A stretch of 24,457 nt of DNA from Hyphomicrobiales bacterium (GTDB taxonomy: Bacteria > Pseudomonadota > Alphaproteobacteria > Rhizobiales > JAJFHB01): NCBI GenBank assembly GCA_021775615.1, contig JAJFHL010000333.1, forward strand, positions 1 through 24,457, read 5' to 3'. Under the pieces are notes generated by a model. The model saw only the letters and a list, made by a program, of their open reading frames with translations, searched no databases and was not told the origin of the DNA. Each line of letters begins with the position of its first letter. Within the stretch, counting starts at the first letter, position 1. Below are positions 1 to 6,845 of this stretch, one piece after another. The position numbers were made by a program, and so were the translations under genes.

Positions 1-1241
1 TGCCCGACATCACGGTGGTGACGCCGGTCTTCGCTGATGACGACAAGAGCATTCTCTTCTACGTGGCGAGCCGCGGCCACCACGCCGATGTCGGCGGCAT
101 GGCGCCGGGCTCCATGACGCCGCTCGCCACAGACATCCGCCAGGAAGGCGTGGTCATCGACAATTTCAAGATGGTCGACCGCGGCGATCTGCGCGAGCGT
201 GAACTCCACGACCTTCTATCGTCCGGCGACTATCCCTGCCGCAATCCGGAACAAAACATCGCCGACCTCAAGGCCCAGGTTGCCGCCAACGAAAAGGGCG
301 TGCGCGAAATGCGGCGCATGGTCTCGAACTTCGGCCTCGACGTGGTGCACGCCTATATGGGCCACGTCCAGGACAATGCGGAAGAAAGCGTGCGCCGGGT
401 CATCGATGCACTGCACGATTCCGAGTTCGCCTATGAGATGGACCAGGGCACGGTGATCAAGGTCAGGATCTCGGTCGACAAGGAGGCCCGCATGGCGACT
501 GTCGACTTCACCGGCACCAGCCCGCAGCAGAACAGCAACTTCAATGCCCCTGCGCCTGTCACAAGGGCGGCGGTGCTCTACGTCTTCCGCTGCATGGTCA
601 ACGACGAGATTCCGATGAATGCCGGCTGCCTCAAGCCGATCAACATCGTCGTGCCCGACGACTGCATGCTGGCGCCAAAGTTTCCAGCCGCCGTGGTCGC
701 CGGCAATGTGGAGGTGAGCCAGGCCGTCACCGACACCCTGTTCGGGGCGCTCGGCGCGCTGGCCGCCGCCCAGGGCACCATGAACAACCTCAATTTCGGC
801 AACGACACCTACCAGTATTACGAAACCATCTGCGGCGGCTCTGGCGCCGGGCCCGATCACGACGGCACCAGCGCCGTCCATACCCACATGACCAACACCC
901 GCCTCACCGACCCGGAGATCCTGGAATGGCGCTATCCGGTGGTGCTCGAAAGCTTCATCGTGCGCCGCGGCTCCGGCGGCGCCGGCAAGTTCAAGGGCGG
1001 TGACGGCACCCTGCGCACCATCCGCTTTCTGGAAAAGATGGACTGCTCGCTCTTGTCGGGCCACCGCCGCGTGCCGCCCTTTGGCCTTGATGGCGGCGCG
1101 CCCGGCGAGTGCGGCGAGAATTCGGTGCGCCGCCTCGGTGGCGAGATCGAAAAGCTTGAAGGCTGTGACCAGACAGAGATCGACGCCGGCGAGGCGATCA
1201 TCATCAAGTCGCCGTCAGGCGGCGGGTATGGTGCGGTCTAG
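1..1241 (+). CDS. Hydantoinase B/oxoprolinase family protein (HyuB-like), C-terminal ~410 aa; the 5' end lies upstream of the window
   Basis: Long ORF with no in-window start in a typical position. The protein reads like the C-terminal two thirds of N-methylhydantoinase B/5-oxoprolinase (PF02538-like). Ends at TAG 1239-1241. Confidence 0.75.
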   Translation, partial: PDITVVTPVFADDDKSILFYVASRGHHADVGGMAPGSMTPLATDIRQEGVVIDNFKMVDRGDLRERELHDLLSSGDYPCRNPEQNIADLKAQVAANEKGVREMRRMVSNFGLDVVHAYMGHVQDNAEESVRRVIDALHDSEFAYEMDQGTVIKVRISVDKEARMATVDFTGTSPQQNSNFNAPAPVTRAAVLYVFRCMVNDEIPMNAGCLKPINIVVPDDCMLAPKFPAAVVAGNVEVSQAVTDTLFGALGALAAAQGTMNNLNFGNDTYQYYETICGGSGAGPDHDGTSAVHTHMTNTRLTDPEILEWRYPVVLESFIVRRGSGGAGKFKGGDGTLRTIRFLEKMDCSLLSGHRRVPPFGLDGGAPGECGENSVRRLGGEIEKLEGCDQTEIDAGEAIIIKSPSGGGYGAV

Positions 1242-1260
1242 AGAACCGCGCTCACCACCT

Positions 1261-1346
1261 CGTCATGCCCGCGAAAGCGGGCATCCAGGGCTACAACCAG
1301 CGCTTTGCTATGACGCTTCTGGATTCCCGCTTACGCGGGAATGACG
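1261..1346. repeat. Pair of 26-28 nt palindromic units in inverted orientation (CGTCATgCCCGC-GAAA-GCGGGcATCC and GGATtCCCGC-TTAC-GCGGGaATGACG), REP/RIME-like. Probably a bidirectional terminator between convergent genes.
   Basis: Two perfect 8-bp stems (1265-1272/1277-1284, GAAA loop; 1323-1330/1335-1342, TTAC loop). Unit 2 is the reverse complement of unit 1 apart from 3 positions. It lies in the 134-bp gap between two convergent stop codons. Confidence 0.6.
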
Positions 1347-1375
1347 CAGAAACGACCGGTCAGGCGAGACGCGCC

Positions 1376-1897
1376 CTAACGGCACATCTTGTATTCGCCG
1401 GAATAGCTCAGAAACTCGCCGGTCTGCGGATTGAACGAACGGTACTTGGCCGCACAGTAATCGTACCATTCATCGGTCCAGGGCTCATAGGCGCCGGCCT
1501 GCACACGCTGCGGGCGCGGACGGTCCTGACGGTAGGACACTTCCTGCATGCAATCGGTATAGGCCTTGTTGTAGAGCGCTTCGTAGCGGCGGTTCTCACG
1601 ATCCGTGCCGACAATGGCGCCGGTGCTGCCACCGACAAGCGCGCCAACGCCCGCACCGGTGTTGCCGCCGACCACCTTGCCGATGATGGCGCCGACCGAA
1701 CCGCCGACCAGCGCGCCGCCGACCGTGCCGCCACCGCGCCGCGTGTGGTACGAGGCATATTCCTGGGCCTGTTCGTCGCAGTAACGCTCATTGGCCTGAG
1801 CCGATGTGGACGTGCCGCCAACGACAGCGGCGGAAGCGGCCACAACAACCGCGGCGCCAACGACGCTTCTGATGGCGCGAATAGTCATCTTTTGCAT
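1376..1897 (-). CDS. Secreted BA14K-family protein with glycine-zipper (17-kDa-antigen-like) central region
   Basis: AAGGAG RBS 7 nt before ATG at 1897 (the ORF-track start at 1951 is an upstream extension). N-terminal signal peptide MQKMTIRAIRSVVGAAVVVAASAAV. Gly-rich GxxxG repeats. C-terminal YCAAKYRSFNPQTGEFLSYSGEYKMCR matches the BA14K motif. Confidence 0.65.
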   Translation of the reverse strand: MQKMTIRAIRSVVGAAVVVAASAAVVGGTSTSAQANERYCDEQAQEYASYHTRRGGGTVGGALVGGSVGAIIGKVVGGNTGAGVGALVGGSTGAIVGTDRENRRYEALYNKAYTDCMQEVSYRQDRPRPQRVQAGAYEPWTDEWYDYCAAKYRSFNPQTGEFLSYSGEYKMCR

Positions 1898-2054
1898 GTC
1901 TGCTCCTTCAAAATGCACCCCTCTCCCGTGAGGTTCACTTTGTAATATCATTGCGGTACGGGCGAAATATGGGGATTTCGTGATTGGCTTTCGAAATTCT
2001 CAGGCCCTTATGGTTACCAAAACGTGAATCACTTTCCAACCGACTACGGACGCG

Positions 2055-2657
2055 CTATTTCTTCACGCTTTCGCCGGTTTGATCGACCCCCATGTCCTCC
2101 ATATCCATATAGCGGTTCCCGATGCGGTGATGCGGGCGGCCCGACAGGGCTGCGCCTAGCGCGATGACGATTTCGTCCGCCGCCGGCGCATCCACAATAT
2201 GAAACTCCAGGGTGAGGTAATGCGACCGGAAACCCTCGTCGTGCTTGTGCATCATGGGGATGGAAATGGCGGTACCCGGCCCGGCGCGCTTGTTGGTGAA
2301 GGCGAGGAACGTGGTGCCGCCGACCGCCTCGCGGTATTTGTTGCCGAAGCGCAGCGTGTGGATCATGCCGGATGCGTGTTCGACCTCGCCATTGACGCCG
2401 ACGACCGCCGCCTTCCCATAGCCTTCGATGGCATCGGCGCCGCCGGCAAGGTCAAGCAGCCGCGGTACCATGACATCGCCCAGACCCGGCGCATAGGCGA
2501 GGATCTTGGCTCGCAGGTCCTCAACGAACCCTTCGCCGGCCCACGGGTTGCGGACAACGGCGGCGACCGCGCACATGGTCCAGGAAGGGTCGGCCGCCTT
2601 GCCGCCCTCAATCAGGATCTCTTCGCGAAAATCGACGAGCTTTCGAATCTCAAGCAT
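2055..2657 (-). CDS. Amino acid synthesis family protein (PF06684/DUF1185-like)
   Basis: Start moved to ATG 2657 (MLEIRKLVDFREE...), preceded by AAGGGGAG. The sequence pattern is typical of the AA_synth family. Confidence 0.6.
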   Translation of the reverse strand: MLEIRKLVDFREEILIEGGKAADPSWTMCAVAAVVRNPWAGEGFVEDLRAKILAYAPGLGDVMVPRLLDLAGGADAIEGYGKAAVVGVNGEVEHASGMIHTLRFGNKYREAVGGTTFLAFTNKRAGPGTAISIPMMHKHDEGFRSHYLTLEFHIVDAPAADEIVIALGAALSGRPHHRIGNRYMDMEDMGVDQTGESVKK

Positions 2658-2842
2658 TCTCACCCGCACTCCCCTTTTACAACGCCGCCCCTCGCCTTTA
2701 TGTGCGCCAAGTTCCATGAAATGTGAAGTTGGAATTGGAGCATCACGGAACTGTCAGTTGGTGGCCTAAGGCCTGCTCGCCTAAACTGCCTCTACACACA
2801 GTACCGTGGACACCCGAGGCCTCAAGCCGGGAGCACATCATT

Positions 2843-3448
2843 ATGAAGAGAAATCTGGTTTTGTTTGCCGCAGCCGCCGTCACGGCCTCGGCGCTGATCC
2901 TGAGCACCATCTTGTCGCCGCAGGCGCAGTCCGACGACCCGGCACCGGACGCAAACCCGCCCGAGGCGGCGCCGTCGGAAAACGACGAAGGCTCCATGAC
3001 CCTCGACCGCATGGGAGAGATCATCGCCCTGCTTGATCCGGAAGTCGAAACCTTGAGGGAAGGCGTCTGGCGCTTCACCATCGAGGAAAAGCCGGTCTTT
3101 GTCGTGACCGACAAGACCAACAACCGCATGCGCATCCTGGTGCCCGTGCGCTCGGCCACCGACATGACGCCGGAAGAGGTCACCAGGGTCCTGCAGGCCA
3201 ATTTCGATTCCGCGCTCGATTCGCGCTACGCCATCGCCAAGGATGTCTTGTGGTCAGCCTACATTCATCCGTTGCGCACCCTGCACGACAAGCAGTTCAT
3301 CGCCGGCATCGGCCAGACGGTGAACCTGGCGGCCACCTACGGCACCACCTTCACGTCCGGTCTCCTTACCTATGGCGGCGGCGACTCCAACGAGATCATC
3401 CGCCGCGACCTGATCGACAAATTGCTTAAGAAGGGCACGCCCATCTAA
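2843..3448 (+). CDS. Hypothetical secreted/periplasmic protein
   Basis: GGGAG RBS ~9 nt before ATG 2843. N-terminal signal peptide MKRNLVLFAAAAVTASALILS. No family recognised with confidence. The ORF-track start at 2723 is an upstream extension. Confidence 0.5.
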   Translation: MKRNLVLFAAAAVTASALILSTILSPQAQSDDPAPDANPPEAAPSENDEGSMTLDRMGEIIALLDPEVETLREGVWRFTIEEKPVFVVTDKTNNRMRILVPVRSATDMTPEEVTRVLQANFDSALDSRYAIAKDVLWSAYIHPLRTLHDKQFIAGIGQTVNLAATYGTTFTSGLLTYGGGDSNEIIRRDLIDKLLKKGTPI

Positions 3449-3450
3449 AT

Positions 3451-3684
3451 CGCTCACGGCTAATCCGCGCTCACGCGCGGGCCTCCGCGAGGGCGCCCTG
3501 GCCGGGCGGCGCGCGGTCGCGCTTGCCTCCCTTCGGTCGGAAGGGGTGACGAGGAAAAAAGCAGCGCCATGCATGGACACCGCGAGGAACACCGGAGGAG
3601 CAAAGCGACGATCAGCGAGCAAAGTCGAGCGCAGCCTCAGTGGCGCTTGAACGTCGAAAAATGAGCGCGGATTAGCCGTGAGCG
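3451..3684. repeat. MITE-like element: perfect 23-bp terminal inverted repeats (CGCTCACGGCTAATCCGCGCTCA) flanking a 188-bp GC-rich non-coding core
   Basis: Bases 3451-3473 are the exact reverse complement of 3662-3684. It sits between two convergent stop codons (3448 and 3738). There is no ORF inside. A-rich flanks (AAAT / AAAAAAT) are a possible short target-site duplication. Confidence 0.5.
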
Positions 3685-3706
3685 AAAAAATACACGAAAT
3701 ACAGCG

Positions 3707-3733
3707 AAAAGCCGCGCCCTGTAGGGGCGCGGC
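3707..3733 (-). terminator. Rho-independent terminator of the SPFH gene
   Basis: GCCGCGCCC-TGTAG-GGGCGCGGC stem starts 5 nt after the stop codon. On the minus strand it is followed by TTTTCGCTGTATTTCGTGTATTTTTT. Confidence 0.7.
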
Positions 3734-3737
3734 TTCC

Positions 3738-4889
3738 TTATTTCGCCGGGGTCTCGCGCAGTTTCACGAGATCCTCAAGCAGGCCCTGGGTGCCGTTATG
3801 CACCGTCAGGTAACCGACACGCTCGGAGATGGTCTCCAGCGCCTCGAGTTCCTTGAGGCGCAGCATGATCGGGTTGTCCTGCATCACCTTGGCGGTGTTG
3901 AGCAGCGAACGCGTTGCCGCGGTCTCCTCGCGACGGCGGATGTTGTTGGCTTGCGCCTCCTTCTCCGCCGACACCACCTGGTTCAGGATGTCGCGCATCT
4001 CGCCCGGCAGGATCACGTCTTTAAGCGCGATCTCACCGACTTCGATGCCGATCCCGGCCATCTCGGCCCGCACCGCGTCGGCCGCCTCGGCGTCGACGGA
4101 AACCTTGTTGCCAAGGATCTCGTCAAGCGTCTTGGTGCCGAGCGACTTGCGGAAGGCGAACTGAAGCGCACGGTAGAGCGCCTCTTCGAAGTCCGTCACC
4201 GCCGCCACCGCCTTGACCGGATCGGTGACCCGGTACTCGGCCGACAGGTTGACGCGGATCGTGACCCGGTCCTTGGTCAGCATCTCCTGACCGCCGACCT
4301 CCATCGCCTGGCGCCGCACATCGACGGTGCGCACGTTGACCGCACGGCCCACATCGAAGAACGCGTAGGCACCCGGATCGAGCACCCGCTCGAGCACGCC
4401 GTCAACGTAGAAGAGACCCTTTTGGGTATCGGCCACGTTGAACCGCTTGACGTGCTCGGACGTTGCCAGGCGGCCAAGCCGGCGGCCAAGCGCCTTCGGC
4501 ACTTCAAGGGTCTCCGACACGTCGAACCGCTCGACTTCGAACGGACCGGCATCGGTCAGGAAGACCGAACGGCCGTCTGGACCCTGGATCGCGTAGAGCC
4601 GGCCGTCACGGAAGATGACGGCAACCTCGGCATCGCTGGTGCGCACCTCGGTCAGGTGCTCCTGTGCAAGGTCGGGACGCTCCTTGATGAGTGTATCGAC
4701 ATACTCGCTGACGAATTCCGGCCGCAACAGTGAGAACGTGCAGATCTCCACTCTCGACGACCGACCGGCCACCTTATGGCGTCCCGGGCGGAGAATATCC
4801 ATGAACCGGCCGTTTTTCAGGACGAGCACGCGCTCGTTCTCCGATACGGTCACAACGGTGTCCATGAAACGCTTTGTGATCTCAGTCAT
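3738..4889 (-). CDS. SPFH/band-7 (stomatin/prohibitin-like) domain protein with an N-terminal extension and no predicted TM segment
   Basis: AAGGAG RBS 8 nt before ATG 4889 (MTEITKRF...). The ORF-track start at 4910 is TTG. The C-terminal two thirds matches SPFH (…LFYVDGVLERVLDPGAYAFF…IRVNLSAEYRV…EALYRALQFAFRKSLGTKTLDEIL…). The N-terminal ~150 aa repeats the first SPFH beta-segment pattern. Confidence 0.75.
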   Translation of the reverse strand: MTEITKRFMDTVVTVSENERVLVLKNGRFMDILRPGRHKVAGRSSRVEICTFSLLRPEFVSEYVDTLIKERPDLAQEHLTEVRTSDAEVAVIFRDGRLYAIQGPDGRSVFLTDAGPFEVERFDVSETLEVPKALGRRLGRLATSEHVKRFNVADTQKGLFYVDGVLERVLDPGAYAFFDVGRAVNVRTVDVRRQAMEVGGQEMLTKDRVTIRVNLSAEYRVTDPVKAVAAVTDFEEALYRALQFAFRKSLGTKTLDEILGNKVSVDAEAADAVRAEMAGIGIEVGEIALKDVILPGEMRDILNQVVSAEKEAQANNIRRREETAATRSLLNTAKVMQDNPIMLRLKELEALETISERVGYLTVHNGTQGLLEDLVKLRETPAK

Positions 4890-5302
4890 TTTCTTATCTC
4901 CTTTCGTCAATCGTCAGCGCTAACGCATGTCGGTTGTCTTTCCTTCTTTCGGTTTCACGTTTTCAACTCAGAAGCTCTTCGGAGCGGCTTGAACGGTTCA
5001 GATGCGGGCACCGGAAACCGGAACCGCAGACCTCCGGCCGGGGTTCGATGGTCACCCGTGCGCACCACCCGCGAACGGGCCGCTTGCACGGCTTCTCATG
5101 GCAAACCTGGGCCGGTGCCGGCGAGACCTGAAAACCCGGCGCGCAAAGCACCTTCTCCGCGGCAACACGGCATCAACGGGGCTCGCCCGAAGGCGATACC
5201 TCAGATCCGCCGTGCCGCCAGGCACACTCCGAAGAGCCCAAATCGGACAGGTTAAATGCCTGTTCCAGGGTATCGTCCTGGTGTGACGTGGAAGGTCACT
5301 AG

Positions 5303-5374
5303 GAGTGAAGGGAGGAATCGAACCTCCGTCCAACAGATTTCGAGTCTGTCGCTCTACCTCTGAGCTACTTCGCT
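5303..5374 (-). tRNA. tRNA-like gene B. Cloverleaf with anticodon loop CTCGAAA (anticodon CGA, Ser-type) on a type-I (short variable arm) body. C3:A70 acceptor mismatch; 3' CTA instead of CCA.
   Basis: Minus-strand fold: AGCGAAG-TA-GCTC-AGAGGTA-GAGC-G-ACAGA-CTCGAAA-TCTGT-TGGAC-GGAGG-TTCGATT-CCTCC-CTTCACT-C. Canonical D arm (G18G19 present) and T arm (GGTTCGATTCC). Starts immediately after the CCA of tRNA-like A. Confidence 0.5.
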
Positions 5375-5448
5375 TGGTCGACGGTACGGGAATCAAACCC
5401 ATTGCCTCCGGCCCTAAGGCCGGTGCTCTGTCAGTGAGCTAACCGCCA
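5375..5448 (-). tRNA. tRNA-like gene A, probable tRNA pseudogene or remnant. Good T arm and encoded ACCA 3' end, but a 6-nt anticodon loop (CTTAGG), a D loop without GG, and two G·U pairs in the acceptor stem.
   Basis: Minus-strand fold: TGGCGGT-TA-GCTC-ACTGACA-GAGC-A-CCGGC-CTTAGG-GCCGG-AGGCA-ATGGG-TTTGATT-CCCGT-ACCGTCG-A-CCA. Zero spacer to tRNA-like B. Confidence 0.4.
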
Positions 5449-5855
5449 CACGGATCGTCCCTTTCCGGCCCAGGCACATGAACGCCCCAGCGGGGGCCAT
5501 GCCAGTGGAGTCTGCAGAACTCCGGATCGTTTGGGCTCGGATCGGCGTTCGATCCGGGGCGGCGCGTTATAGCTCCAAATGTGGCGGGAAAAAGGCGGAT
5601 CACGTTCTGGAGGCGCATCCGCGCAACAGTGTGACCAAATTACCACACAACATTTTAGCGCGTGAACGGCACTCTCCTGCCTCATTCCGACGAAAACAGA
5701 AACCTGGAAAAGTGCGTAGATTCAGATTGTTACAGGCGAAACCGGATTCCTGCTTTCGCGGGGGTGGCGAAGCGAGTAAGCGTCATACGGGCGTGTCATT
5801 CTCAAATCACCGAATATTCTTCAGTGGCACCCATCCGCGTCAAGGAGGCGGCAGC

Positions 5856-6305
5856 ATGAACGCATCATCTCTCTTCATGGCCGGCGCACTCATCATCGGC
5901 GCACTGATCCCGGTGCAGGTTGCCTTCAATGCTCAGCTCGGCGGCGTCACCAAACATCCGGTCACCGCCGGTCTGATCGTGTTCCTGATCGGCACTGCGG
6001 CCTTTCTGGCGGTGGCGGCCGCAATGCGCCCGCAGCTGCCAAGCCTCGCGGGACTGATCGAAGGTCCGAAGACCATATGGCTCGGCGGGCTGATTGCAGC
6101 GGCCTACGTCCTGTCCATTGTGATTGTCACGCCGAAGCTGGGCGTCGGGCTGACCACGGTTCTGATCGTCGCCGGCCAGTTGCTCATGGCGCTGCTGCTC
6201 GATCACTTTGGCGCATTCGGCACGGCCCAACAATCCATCAACCTCTGGCGCATCGCCGGGGCGGCGATGATTGTCGCGGGCGTGGTCGCCATCAAGACCC
6301 ACTAG
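5856..6305 (+). CDS. DMT-superfamily membrane transporter, YdcZ/DUF606 type (149 aa, 4-5 TM)
   Basis: AAGGAGG RBS 7 nt before ATG 5856. Entirely hydrophobic 149-aa protein of YdcZ-like size and pattern. The ORF-track start at 5478 is a spurious upstream extension. Confidence 0.7.
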   Translation: MNASSLFMAGALIIGALIPVQVAFNAQLGGVTKHPVTAGLIVFLIGTAAFLAVAAAMRPQLPSLAGLIEGPKTIWLGGLIAAAYVLSIVIVTPKLGVGLTTVLIVAGQLLMALLLDHFGAFGTAQQSINLWRIAGAAMIVAGVVAIKTH

Positions 6306-6310
6306 GACCG

Positions 6311-6721
6311 TCAGCCGGGCTGCGTCTCGTAGGCGGTCACATCATCGGGAACAATGACCCAGGGCTGCTTGGAACTGGTCCACAGATGCACCGTCGGCTG
6401 GAGCCAGGCGGTGTCGTCCAGCGTCCCGGCACGGACCGACAGCATGCCAGGCCGCCAGGCGATCAAGTGGTAGATCCGCGATCCGCATTCCGGGCAGAAC
6501 GCGCCGGTCTTCTCGCGGCCCGCGTCGGATGTGGAAACGAAGCTTCTAACGGACCCTTTGGTCAGCTGGAACGCTTCTTCGTCAACAACCATGACCAGCC
6601 CGAAGGCGCTGCCGGACTGCTTCTGGCAATCGGTACAATGGCAGGCCAGAACCTGCTTCGGCTCTCCGGTCACCTGATAGCGCGTGGCGCCGCATTGGCA
6701 ACCTCCGGTGCGTTCGCTCAT
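6311..6721 (-). CDS. GFA-family (glutathione-dependent formaldehyde-activating / CENP-V-like) zinc enzyme
   Basis: Cys motifs CQCG…CHCTDCQKQSG…CPECGS. ~136 aa from ATG 6721, with GGGGAAG 8 nt upstream. The ORF-track start at 6868 is an extension. Confidence 0.75.
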   Translation of the reverse strand: MSERTGGCQCGATRYQVTGEPKQVLACHCTDCQKQSGSAFGLVMVVDEEAFQLTKGSVRSFVSTSDAGREKTGAFCPECGSRIYHLIAWRPGMLSVRAGTLDDTAWLQPTVHLWTSSKQPWVIVPDDVTAYETQPG

Positions 6722-6845
6722 GGACATCTTCCCCTGCTTGGTGTTGCTACGGCCGCTGACCTTAGCGGCAGCATGGTACGTCGTCACTGCACATCCGTTT
6801 CCGGCCATGCTAGACCTCGCAGCCGCATTGAGAGGGACACAAACC

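Noticed and set aside
216-1064. 282-aa minus-strand ORF and other ORFs overlapping the hydantoinase gene
   Set aside because: Antisense shadow ORFs typical of high-GC DNA, with Arg/Ala/Gly-rich low-complexity products. The + strand frame has clear family similarity.
3678-4733. 351-aa + strand ORF
   Set aside because: Lies entirely antisense to the SPFH gene, which has an RBS, a terminator and domain similarity. Arg/Leu-rich composition.
4776-5402. Several 60-160-aa ORFs (4776..5255+, 4934..5131+, 4963..5151-, 5002..5286+, 5052..5402-)
   Set aside because: Pro/Arg-rich GC-artefact compositions and no RBS. One overlaps the tRNA-like genes. The region is treated as non-coding.
4911-5450. Permuted two-piece tmRNA (ssrA) hypothesis for the tRNA-like region
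   Set aside because: No tag-peptide reading frame (ANDN…AA, GCnAAyGAyAAy) was found on either strand. tRNA-like B also has a full D arm and anticodon arm, which tmRNA lacks.
5478-5855. N-terminal 126-aa extension of the transporter ORF
   Set aside because: AAGGAGG RBS and hydrophobic onset at 5856. The upstream part is Arg/Ser-rich with no RBS.
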